A DNA stretch of 37,590 bases from Anaerovoracaceae bacterium (GCA_963617285.1 CAVEOR010000001.1:1-37590), one strand, 5' to 3'. Shown: positions 1 through 8,654, numbered from the stretch's first letter. Numbers and translations: made by a program. The notes: generated from the sequence alone by a model not told the origin.

Positions 1-116
1 GGTATACTGATTGTAAATATAACAAAATTTGACTGAGGCTGTTTTTTTTGGAGATAAGTAAGAAAATTACAACTGAGGAAATCGACGAATTTATCAATTA
101 AGGCAGGGCACAGGAT

Positions 117-1505
117 TTGTATTTCATATTAAATAAAAGAATTGCGCTTCGTTCGTGGGTGCGCTCGCCCTATGCCTATTATATCAAAGGCATAAGGGAT
201 GCACAGCGTCTAAGTAGGGAAGAATACGAACTACTGAAGCTATGCGACGCGAGGCACGATTTAGAAGAATCCGCAACATTAAATAAGCTTAGGGCGCAAG
301 GCATCATCTTGGAATGCGAAGAAGGCGAGTTTATGCTGGACGATTGGCAGGACAAGACATACGACAATCGCTATTTTCCAGCCATGAACTGGATGATTAC
401 AGGAAAGTGCAATTATAACTGCCTGCACTGTTTCAACGCTGCGGATAACGCTCCTCTTCAGAGCGAGTGGAGCCTTGACGAAGCGAATATTTTGCTCGAC
501 CAGGCGAGAGATTGCGGCATAAACGGATTTACCATCACGGGCGGCGAGCCTATGCTGCACAAGAATTTCTTCGATATTTTAGAAGGAATATATAGTCGCG
601 ACATGTATGTATACGAGCTGAATACGAACGGGCACTTCATCAACCAAGAATCCCTCGACAGGATGAAAAATCTCGGCTGCGTGCCACTGATGAAAATCTC
701 ATTCGACGGCATAGGCTGGCACGATTGGCTCAGAAATAAGAAAGGTTCAGAAGAGGATGCCCTCAGGGCAATTTCTCTATGCATAGAAAACGGCTTTCCA
801 GTAAAGGTGCAGACGAATGTCCACAGGAACAACATCGATGTGATGTTAGACACCGTGAACATGCTCGATAGAATGGGTGCGAAGGAAACTCGAGTAATCA
901 GAACGACGGAGGCGCCGCGCTGGGAGCAGAACGCAGGTGGTGCGACCCTCAGTTTCAAGGAATACATGGATGCTATGCTTAACCTGTGGGCGGAATATGC
1001 CAAAGAAGAGCATAAGATGGAGCTTACTTCATGGCAGGTCGGGACTATGATTCCGGAAATCAAGGCATTTTCTCTTGCAGCAGTCGAATGTAGACCTGGA
1101 CAGTACAGAGCAAACGCGCCTGTCTGCAAGGGTAACCGAGGAATGATCGCCGTCGGGGCAAACGGAAATGTCTATCCTTGTCATCAGATGTCGGGATATT
1201 ATGAGCAGCATGATGACATCCTCGGCAACCTGAAGGACGGAAGCCTCAAGGAGCTCATAAGCGGCGGCAAATACATGGACGAAATCTGTACGACCCTTGG
1301 AACTTTGCGAGAAAATAATTTGAAATGCGGCAATTGCAAGTACTTCGAGTTTTGCTGCGGCGGGTGCAGGGCAATTGCACTCGCACTCACGGGCGACAAG
1401 TTAGCGTCCGACCCGTCAAAATGTTTTTTCTTCGAAAACGGGTATTACGAGAAAATCGTAGATATGCTCAGCGGTTGGAAAAACTTCTCGGCCATCGAAG
1501 TATAG
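117..1505 (+). CDS. Radical SAM/SPASM-domain protein, probable peptide maturase with an N-terminal RRE/PqqD-like region
   Basis: CxxxCxxC motif CNYNCLHC, TGGEP, TNG and SFDG motifs; C-terminal SPASM cysteines (VCKG...GNVYPC...CGNCKYFEFCCGGC...DPSKC); ~85-aa N-terminal extension; TTG start; adjacent to precursor and export genes. Confidence 0.92.
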   Translation: MYFILNKRIALRSWVRSPYAYYIKGIRDAQRLSREEYELLKLCDARHDLEESATLNKLRAQGIILECEEGEFMLDDWQDKTYDNRYFPAMNWMITGKCNYNCLHCFNAADNAPLQSEWSLDEANILLDQARDCGINGFTITGGEPMLHKNFFDILEGIYSRDMYVYELNTNGHFINQESLDRMKNLGCVPLMKISFDGIGWHDWLRNKKGSEEDALRAISLCIENGFPVKVQTNVHRNNIDVMLDTVNMLDRMGAKETRVIRTTEAPRWEQNAGGATLSFKEYMDAMLNLWAEYAKEEHKMELTSWQVGTMIPEIKAFSLAAVECRPGQYRANAPVCKGNRGMIAVGANGNVYPCHQMSGYYEQHDDILGNLKDGSLKELISGGKYMDEICTTLGTLRENNLKCGNCKYFEFCCGGCRAIALALTGDKLASDPSKCFFFENGYYEKIVDMLSGWKNFSAIEV

Positions 1506-1566
1506 AAGTATAATTGAAGTACGATAGATAATAATAAAATATAAAAGCAAGAAGAAAGGCAATATT

Positions 1567-2058
1567 ATGAACAAAGAGTTGTTTCGCGAAGATGCTGTGA
1601 AGAGAGCTTCGTCTCCCGAGCAATTAAATCAGTACATCAAGGTAACGAATCCAGGAGTCTGGGTGAGTCTTGCCGCAATCATTATCCTTCTCATAGGCGT
1701 ATGCGTATGGGGAGTGTTTGGCAGACTTGAGACGACCGTCGATGCCGTTTGCGTGTCCGACGGAAGTCAGGCGATTTGCTACATGGTGGATTCCGAGGCA
1801 ATAGCATCCGTAGAGAAAGGGCAAGAAGTGAAGATTGGAGAGGCGATTTACATAGTCGATTCCGTTTCGCAGGATGCCATTCAGGTAAGCGACAGCACGG
1901 TTTTATCCGTGAGCGAGAGAGCAAAGAGCCTTTGCGGTGTTTCGAATGCTGACTGGGTCTACGAGATAAAACTTAATCTGAGCGGGACGAAGCTGAAGGC
2001 TGGGGCATATAGCGCCAAGATTGTCACCGAGAGCGTTTCGCCTATGTCGTTTATTTAA
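1567..2058 (+). CDS. NHLM/NHLP bacteriocin-system secretion accessory protein (short form)
   Basis: Family-typical N-terminus LFREDAVKRASSPEQLNQYIKVTNP followed by one TM helix; C-terminal ESVSPMSFI; directly upstream of the two ABC genes. Confidence 0.85.
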   Translation: MNKELFREDAVKRASSPEQLNQYIKVTNPGVWVSLAAIIILLIGVCVWGVFGRLETTVDAVCVSDGSQAICYMVDSEAIASVEKGQEVKIGEAIYIVDSVSQDAIQVSDSTVLSVSERAKSLCGVSNADWVYEIKLNLSGTKLKAGAYSAKIVTESVSPMSFI

Positions 2059-2070
2059 TCGAGGTGCGGC

Positions 2071-4248
2071 ATGGGTAAAGAAAGCAGAATCAAATCGCCT
2101 GTAAAACAAGGCGTGGCAAAGGTTCCAGTCATAATGCAAATGGAAGCACTCGAATGTGGTGCGGCTTGCCTTACGATGATCCTTGCATATTACGACAAAT
2201 GGGTTCCGCTCGAGCAAATACGTTCGGATTGCGGTATTTCGCGTGACGGATCCAAGGCAAAGAATATATTGAAGGCAGCGAGGACCTATGGGCTCATCGC
2301 AAAGGGATATAAATATGATATAGAAGCGCTGAAGAAAGAAGCAAAACTCCCTTGCATCATCCATTGGAATTTCAGCCATTTTGTCGTGCTCGATGGATTC
2401 AAAGGTGACAGCGCGATATTAAACGACCCAGCGAAGGGTAGATATGCCGTTCCGATGGAAACCTTCGAGAACTCATACACCGGTATCTGCTTGATGTTTG
2501 AGCCAGGTGAGGAGTTTACCCCAGGCGGCAAGAAAAAATCCGTAGTCAAGTTTGCGATGAAGAGACTAGAGGGCGCAGGAGCGCAGGTTGCGTTTACCAT
2601 GCTCACGGGTTTCATCGGCTCGCTCGTCGCAATGATTTCACCTGTATTCGACAGGATCTTCTTCGATAGGATTCTGACGGGCAAGAATCCAGATTGGTTC
2701 ATGCCGTTTATCATTGCTATTGCAGGATTTTCTTTGATTAGAATCATAGTCGAATGGCTCAGGTCGGTCTATTCGCTCAAGATAAATGGTAAGCTCACCG
2801 CGGTCGGAAACTCGACATACTTTTGGCATGTCCTGCATCTTCCTATGAACTTTTTCTCCCAGAGAATGACTGGTGACATAAGCAACAGGCAGGCTACGAA
2901 TGCGACGATTGCAAATACGATTGTAAACACGTTCGCACCGCTGCTTTTGAACACGATAATGATGTTCTTCTATCTGTTTGTGATGCTGGAATACAGCTGG
3001 TTCTTGACTTTGATTGGCGTGCTATCGATATTCATCAATGTCGTAGTATCCAAGTACATCTCAAATAAGAGAATCAACCTGACGAGAGTTCAGATGCGAG
3101 ATAGCGGATTGCTCTCGGGCACAACGGTTGCGGGAATCGAAATGATAGAGACCATCAAAGCCAGCGGCGCTGAGAATGGATTTTTCCAGAGGTGGGCAGG
3201 CTATCAGGCAAATGTCAATGCCGCGGATGTAAAATACGCGAAGATGAATCAGTACCTTGGCCTTATACCAACGATTGTATCGACCCTTTGCAATACATTG
3301 GTTTTGATGTTCGGCATATACTTTGCTATGAACGGAAGCTTTACAATCGGTATGGTTACCGCGTTCCAAGGATTCTTAAACTCCTTTACTTCGCCGGCAC
3401 TCAGCCTGATCAATGCAGGCCAGTCGATTCAAGAGATGCGTACGCAGATGGAACGTATAGAGGACGTTATGGCTTATCCTGAGGACAGCATTTACGAGGA
3501 GACAGGCGAGCAGACACTTGATAGAAAGCTTTCCGGAAATGTGAGCATCAAGAATGTTTCCTTCGGCTATTCGAAGTTAGATGAGCCTTTGATTAGAGAT
3601 TTCAACCTCGAACTTCAGCCAGGCAAGAGCGTGGCGTTCGTCGGTGCGTCCGGCTGCGGCAAGTCAACGCTGTCGAAGCTTATCTCAGGACTCTATCAGC
3701 CTTGGACTGGCGAGATACTATTTGACGGAAAGAAAATGCAGGAAATTGGCAGGAATATCTTCACCAGCTCCCTTGCTGTCGTAGACCAAGATATAATCCT
3801 GTTTGCCGATACGATAGCAAACAACATAAAGATGTGGGATGCATCCATTGAGGACTTCGAAATGATACTTGCGGCTCGAGATGCCCAGATTCACGAGGAT
3901 ATCATGCTCCGCGAGGGCGGCTACCAAGGAAAGATAGTCGAAGGCGGACATGACCTTTCGGGCGGACAGCGCCAGCGTCTTGAGATTGCAAGAGTTCTCG
4001 CTCAGGATCCGACGATTCTCATTATGGACGAGGCGACCAGTGCCTTGGATGCCAAGACTGAATACAATGTAGTCAAGTCCATCAGAGACCGCGGAATCAC
4101 CACGATTATAGTTGCTCACAGGCTTTCCACGATTAGAGATTGCGACGAGATTATCGTCCTTGACCACGGCAAGGTGGTAGAGCGAGGAACGCACGATGAG
4201 CTGTTTGCAAAAGGCGGGCTGTACACGAGCCTCGTAACGAGCGATTAG
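2071..4248 (+). CDS. NHLP-family bacteriocin export ABC transporter, C39 peptidase/permease/ATPase
   Basis: C39 motifs QMEALECGAACL, HWNFSHFVVL, NDPAKG; TM domain; Walker A GASGCGKST, signature LSGGQRQR, Walker B ILIMDEATSALD. Confidence 0.95.
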   Translation: MGKESRIKSPVKQGVAKVPVIMQMEALECGAACLTMILAYYDKWVPLEQIRSDCGISRDGSKAKNILKAARTYGLIAKGYKYDIEALKKEAKLPCIIHWNFSHFVVLDGFKGDSAILNDPAKGRYAVPMETFENSYTGICLMFEPGEEFTPGGKKKSVVKFAMKRLEGAGAQVAFTMLTGFIGSLVAMISPVFDRIFFDRILTGKNPDWFMPFIIAIAGFSLIRIIVEWLRSVYSLKINGKLTAVGNSTYFWHVLHLPMNFFSQRMTGDISNRQATNATIANTIVNTFAPLLLNTIMMFFYLFVMLEYSWFLTLIGVLSIFINVVVSKYISNKRINLTRVQMRDSGLLSGTTVAGIEMIETIKASGAENGFFQRWAGYQANVNAADVKYAKMNQYLGLIPTIVSTLCNTLVLMFGIYFAMNGSFTIGMVTAFQGFLNSFTSPALSLINAGQSIQEMRTQMERIEDVMAYPEDSIYEETGEQTLDRKLSGNVSIKNVSFGYSKLDEPLIRDFNLELQPGKSVAFVGASGCGKSTLSKLISGLYQPWTGEILFDGKKMQEIGRNIFTSSLAVVDQDIILFADTIANNIKMWDASIEDFEMILAARDAQIHEDIMLREGGYQGKIVEGGHDLSGGQRQRLEIARVLAQDPTILIMDEATSALDAKTEYNVVKSIRDRGITTIIVAHRLSTIRDCDEIIVLDHGKVVERGTHDELFAKGGLYTSLVTSD

Positions 4249-4262
4249 GAAAGGGGGATATC

Positions 4263-6446
4263 ATGAGTTTATTTCAAGACCAATTAGAAACGAGAAAACT
4301 AAACGATGATGCCGTCATTTCTGATGCGATAGAGCAAATAGCTGGTTCGGTCACGGGTAGACGCATATCCGCTGCCGTTGCAGATGAAAGATTGCGTTCG
4401 CTCGACGCCATAAATCAGATTTTAGGGTACTTCGGCAAGCGTCCTTGCGAGATGCCAGAGAAAATCACCAAATTAGATGATCAGATAGATTTTGCCGCTC
4501 GTCCATACGGGATTATGCACAGAAAAGTGAAGCTCGACAAGGGCTGGTACAAGTGTGCCGTAGGTGCAATGCTCACCGAGAAGAAGCAGGGCGGAATAGT
4601 GGCGCTGCTTCCTGGCAAATTCGGCGGATATTATTTCTATGATACGGACGGAAAGAAGACTAAGTTAAACTCAGCCACAGAACAGCTATTGGAGAGCGAG
4701 GCAATTGCATTCTACAATCCTCTCCCGCAGAAGAAACTCAGTGTGGCGGATTTGATGAAATATTCCTTTGCAACCCTCAATCCTTCGGATATATTCTGGA
4801 TTGTGGTGGCGACAGGAGTCATTTCCCTCGTTGGACTTATTTCACCAAAGCTAAACCAGTTGCTGTTTAAGACGGTTGTAGAGTCTGGCAGCGTCAAACT
4901 ACTCATCGCGATTGCCATATTTACCGTATGCGTTTCCATCAGCTTGATGCTGTTTAGCGTGGCAAAGGCTCTTTTCAACTCGAGGATTACGACGAAGATG
5001 TCAAGTGCGGTTCAATCTGCTACGATGATGAGAATACTCTCGCTTCCAACGAGATTTTTCAAGGACTACAGTGCAGGTGAACTTACGAGTAGATCGATGT
5101 ATATCGGCTCGCTTTCGCAGATGATTACAGATGCTATGTTTACGACTGGACTGACTTCGCTTTTCTCCTTGATATATATATTCCAGATCTTTGAATTTGC
5201 ACCCGCACTCGTCGTGCCAGCACTTTTGATAGTACTTGCAACGGTTGTGCTTTCGATTATCACGACATTTGCACAGATGAAGGTTTCCAGAAGGCAGATG
5301 GATCTGGGAACGAAGGATTCGGGACTCAGCTACTCGCTTATTGCAGGCATCCAGAAGATAAAGCTCGCTGGTGCCGAAAAGCGTGCATTCGCAAAGTGGG
5401 GAAATCAATATGCCAAGAGTGCACAGCTGACGTATAACCCGCCTGCAATAATCAAGATGAGCTCTGTTTTCTCGCTTACCATATCCTGCGTTGGCACGGT
5501 GGTGATGTACTACTTTGCCGTTGAGAGTGGAGTTGCGATTGCGGATTACTACGCATTCCAGGCGGCTTATGGAATGGTGTCTGGGGCATTCCTTGCACTT
5601 GTTTCGATTACGAGCACCGTTGCTCAGATTAAGCCGGTCATGGAAATGGCAAAGCCGATTATGGAAACCGCGCCTGAGACGGCCGAAGTTAGGCAGATTG
5701 TAGAGAGAGTCTCTGGAAATATCGAAATCAACAATGTTTCGTTCAAATACAAGGAGAACGGACCTGCGATTTTCGAGAATCTGTCGCTCAAGATAAGGGC
5801 GGGACAATATGTGGCGATCGTCGGGAAGACGGGCTGCGGCAAGTCAACGCTCATCAGACTCTTGCTCGGTTTCGAGAAACCACAGAAGGGCGCTGTATAC
5901 TACGACGGCAGGGATATTGCCAATCTCGATCTTCAATCCCTCAGAAAGAAGCTGGGCGTAGTGACTCAGGATGGCAAGCTCTTCAGAGGAGATATTTTCT
6001 CCAATATCATAATCTCGGCCCCAAGCCTTACGCTGGATGAAGCGTGGGAGGCGGCGGAGATGTCTGGAATTGCAGACGATATCAAGGCTATGCCGATGGG
6101 AATGCACACGATGATTTCGGAAGGCTCTGGCGGCATATCCGGCGGTCAGAAACAAAGAATCATGATTGCAAGGGCCATCGCCCCGAAGCCGAAAATTTTG
6201 ATATTCGACGAGGCGACGAGTGCCCTCGACAATATAACACAGAAGAAAGTCTCAGACGCATTGAATTCTCTCAAATGCACGAGAATTGTCGTCGCCCACA
6301 GGCTTTCTACGATAAAACAATGCGATAGAATTATCGTAATCGACGGTGGCAAGATAATTGAGGACGGGACGTACGACGAGTTGATAGAAGAGAAGGGATT
6401 CTTCGCTGAACTTGTCGAACGCCAGAGAATCAATACTGAAAATTAA
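4263..6446 (+). CDS. NHLP bacteriocin export ABC transporter, permease/ATPase partner subunit (no catalytic C39 motif)
   Basis: N-terminal domain lacks QxxxxECG; TM domain; Walker A GKTGCGKST, ISGGQKQR, ILIFDEATSALD; tandem with the peptidase-ABC. Confidence 0.93.
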   Translation: MSLFQDQLETRKLNDDAVISDAIEQIAGSVTGRRISAAVADERLRSLDAINQILGYFGKRPCEMPEKITKLDDQIDFAARPYGIMHRKVKLDKGWYKCAVGAMLTEKKQGGIVALLPGKFGGYYFYDTDGKKTKLNSATEQLLESEAIAFYNPLPQKKLSVADLMKYSFATLNPSDIFWIVVATGVISLVGLISPKLNQLLFKTVVESGSVKLLIAIAIFTVCVSISLMLFSVAKALFNSRITTKMSSAVQSATMMRILSLPTRFFKDYSAGELTSRSMYIGSLSQMITDAMFTTGLTSLFSLIYIFQIFEFAPALVVPALLIVLATVVLSIITTFAQMKVSRRQMDLGTKDSGLSYSLIAGIQKIKLAGAEKRAFAKWGNQYAKSAQLTYNPPAIIKMSSVFSLTISCVGTVVMYYFAVESGVAIADYYAFQAAYGMVSGAFLALVSITSTVAQIKPVMEMAKPIMETAPETAEVRQIVERVSGNIEINNVSFKYKENGPAIFENLSLKIRAGQYVAIVGKTGCGKSTLIRLLLGFEKPQKGAVYYDGRDIANLDLQSLRKKLGVVTQDGKLFRGDIFSNIIISAPSLTLDEAWEAAEMSGIADDIKAMPMGMHTMISEGSGGISGGQKQRIMIARAIAPKPKILIFDEATSALDNITQKKVSDALNSLKCTRIVVAHRLSTIKQCDRIIVIDGGKIIEDGTYDELIEEKGFFAELVERQRINTEN

Positions 6447-6453
6447 GTTAGTG

Positions 6454-6473
6454 TAGGTACTTACCCGTACCTA
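6454..6473. promoter_or_regulatory. Perfect 7-bp inverted repeat upstream of the precursor genes (operator or mRNA hairpin)
   Basis: TAGGTAC-ttaccc-GTACCTA, no U-tract; function not determinable from sequence. Confidence 0.4.
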
Positions 6474-6516
6474 AGAGATATTATCATCATATTATTTATA
6501 AAAAGGAGGTTATATC

Positions 6517-6921
6517 ATGGAAATGACCAAAGAAATGAACGAAAAGGCAAGACAAGCAAAAAGTGTTGAAGAGCTCATGGCTCTCGCAAAGGAAAACGAA
6601 GTCGAACTGACAGAAGAAAGTGCGAAAGCATATTTTGATCTTCTTCATCCGCAAAACAGCGAGGTTTCAGATGACGAACTCGACAATGTTGCAGGCGGAA
6701 CGTGCTACGAGGATGGCAGACCTGTTGTAACGATATATAATAGGTGCGAACGCTGGACATGCGAATCATGTCACCGACCTCTTAACCCTGACTATGATAG
6801 TTTTTATGGCGAAAGATATCGTTGCACTTGTCCTACAACCCTTGGATGTGTGGACTGTTATTATTCACGTTATGAGTCTGCACTTCTTTTGTGCTTCCAC
6901 CCAGAGAGATACTATAATTAA
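6517..6921 (+). CDS. Nif11-like leader, double-glycine precursor peptide 1 (61-aa leader, 73-aa Cys-rich core)
   Basis: Strong RBS AAGGAGGT; leader AKSVEELMALAKENEVELTEE...EVSDDELDNVAGG; core with 9 Cys; next to a C39-ABC exporter. Confidence 0.88.
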   Translation: MEMTKEMNEKARQAKSVEELMALAKENEVELTEESAKAYFDLLHPQNSEVSDDELDNVAGGTCYEDGRPVVTIYNRCERWTCESCHRPLNPDYDSFYGERYRCTCPTTLGCVDCYYSRYESALLLCFHPERYYN

Positions 6922-6964
6922 TGCGAAGTAATATCTAAGGAAACATAATGCGGAGGAAATTATT

Positions 6965-7372
6965 ATGAAAATGACCAAAGAAATTAACGAAAAAGCAAGA
7001 CAAGCAAAAAATGTTGAAGAGCTCATGGCAATCGCAAAGGAAAACGAAGTCGAACTGACAGAAGAAAGTGCGAAAGCATATTTTGATCTTCTCCATCCGC
7101 AAAACAGCGAGGTTTCGGATGACGAGCTTGACAATGTTGCAGGCGGAACGTGCTACAAGGATGGCAGACCTGTTGTAACGGCATTTAATTCATGTGAGCG
7201 TTGGGTATGCGAAAGATGCGGCAAAAGAGAAACTGTCGCTGATGGTGGTATCTGGGGTACCAGTTATAAGTGTCCTAATTGTGGCTTAAGTTACGGTTGT
7301 GGGAACTGTCATTATTCACGCTATGAGTCAGCACTTCTTCTGTGCTTCCACCCAGAGAGATACTATAACTAA
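6965..7372 (+). CDS. Nif11-like leader, double-glycine precursor peptide 2 (61-aa leader, 74-aa Cys-rich core)
   Basis: RBS GGAGG; near-identical leader ending ELDNVAGG; core with 9 Cys in the same spacing as precursor 1. Confidence 0.88.
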   Translation: MKMTKEINEKARQAKNVEELMAIAKENEVELTEESAKAYFDLLHPQNSEVSDDELDNVAGGTCYKDGRPVVTAFNSCERWVCERCGKRETVADGGIWGTSYKCPNCGLSYGCGNCHYSRYESALLLCFHPERYYN

Positions 7373-7415
7373 TACGAAGTAATATCTTAAGAAAACATAA
7401 TTCAGAGGAGAAGAA

Positions 7416-8654
7416 ATGAAAACATGTAAATTCAAGAACAAGTCGAAGAAAATCGTTGCGCTGATGCTTGTTTTGGTGATGATTTTCTGTTTTGCGGGAT
7501 GCGGTGGCACGGACACTGACACGCAGACGGAGGACTCAGACAGAGTGATGGGAACGGTTCTCGGTGACTATGTAATCGAGCTTCCGACAATCACTGAAAT
7601 CGACTACGAGGCAGGACTGGCGAAGAACAAAGAAATGTTCGCCCAATTCGGTTGTTCTGCGATTGGCAAGGTTTCGGACGATGGAGATATGCTTATCGGT
7701 CGTTCATTTGACCTTTACTACAGCAATAACCCAGCCTACGTTATTAGGACGGATGTTGAAGGATACTATAAGACGGTCGGACTTGCCTATGATTCCTTCG
7801 ACGGAGAGACATTTGATGTGATTAAAGAAAAGGGTGTGAGCCAGGATGAGCTCCTGACATTGATTTTCTTTACTGAGGATATCATGAACGAGAAGGGGCT
7901 GTATATCGAGGCGAATATGCGCCCTGAGCAGCCAGAGTACACTGGAATTTCTCCAAGCACAGGCACTAACCCTGATGCAGAAGTGTCCCTTTCCTTCTCT
8001 GCTCTCGTAAGATACCTCGGCGAGAGATGTGCCGATGTTGATGAGGCAGTTGAGCTTGCACAGACTTTGAACGTGCATGGCATGATTACGGATGAATTCT
8101 GCTGGGATGGCGGATTCTTCATGGCAGATGAATCTGGCCATTACGGTGTCATGGAACTCGTCGACAACAAGCTTATTTGGCTCGATGGACAGAATTGCCA
8201 GGCTAACTTCTACATCAATGACGAATACAAGGATGTTGCAACTATAGGTGCTGGAACAGGCAGATATGACCTTCTCAGAAGCGAAATCGACTCAATTCAG
8301 AGCGAGGATGAGATGACTAGCCTTATCAAGAAGGTTAGATATACTCAGATTCTCAGCCCATATACCAGCCAATTTGACCCACGCAGTGAATACAGCGGAT
8401 TCGGCGAGGGCTTCGAGTCGGTCGGCGGAGAACTTACCTTGGAAATGTGCCAAAGCGATGAGTATAAGGATATGATTTACGAGACAATCGAAAATGAAGG
8501 AGCGGCAGAGAGGGATAAAGACGTTCAGACGCTTAGAGACGAAGGTACCCAGTGGCTCTCCGTTTGGCAGACAATCTCAAATTGCAATAATAGAACAATC
8601 AAGGCTATCTTCTTCGAGGATGATGAATTGACTTTTGACCTTACGGTTGAATAG
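7416..8654 (+). CDS. Lipoprotein, Ntn-hydrolase (linear amide C-N hydrolase / choloylglycine hydrolase-like), paralog 1
   Basis: Signal peptide with lipobox FAGC (Cys29); internal nucleophile motif G|CSAIGKVSDDGDMLIGRSFD (Cys80); MNEKGL, QANFY and GRY motifs. Confidence 0.82.
   Translation: MKTCKFKNKSKKIVALMLVLVMIFCFAGCGGTDTDTQTEDSDRVMGTVLGDYVIELPTITEIDYEAGLAKNKEMFAQFGCSAIGKVSDDGDMLIGRSFDLYYSNNPAYVIRTDVEGYYKTVGLAYDSFDGETFDVIKEKGVSQDELLTLIFFTEDIMNEKGLYIEANMRPEQPEYTGISPSTGTNPDAEVSLSFSALVRYLGERCADVDEAVELAQTLNVHGMITDEFCWDGGFFMADESGHYGVMELVDNKLIWLDGQNCQANFYINDEYKDVATIGAGTGRYDLLRSEIDSIQSEDEMTSLIKKVRYTQILSPYTSQFDPRSEYSGFGEGFESVGGELTLEMCQSDEYKDMIYETIENEGAAERDKDVQTLRDEGTQWLSVWQTISNCNNRTIKAIFFEDDELTFDLTVE

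Larger units (their letters stand above)
6517..7415 (+). repeat. Tandem duplication, two units (6517-6964 and 6965-7415), each a precursor CDS plus a 43-nt downstream spacer
   Basis: By hand: 11 mismatches in the first 216 nt, 5 in the last 66 coding nt, alignable spacers; the central 123/126 nt are highly divergent. Confidence 0.93.

Noticed and set aside
117..6446. Lanthipeptide or thiazole/oxazole (YcaO) cluster
   Set aside because: No LanB/C/M or YcaO gene in the window; cannot be excluded upstream
6517..7415. Diversity-generating retroelement (template/variable repeat pair)
   Set aside because: Differences are not confined to adenines, include an indel, both copies are intact ORFs, and no reverse transcriptase is in the window
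6517..7415. CRISPR-like repeat-spacer array
   Set aside because: Only two ~450-nt protein-coding units and no cas genes
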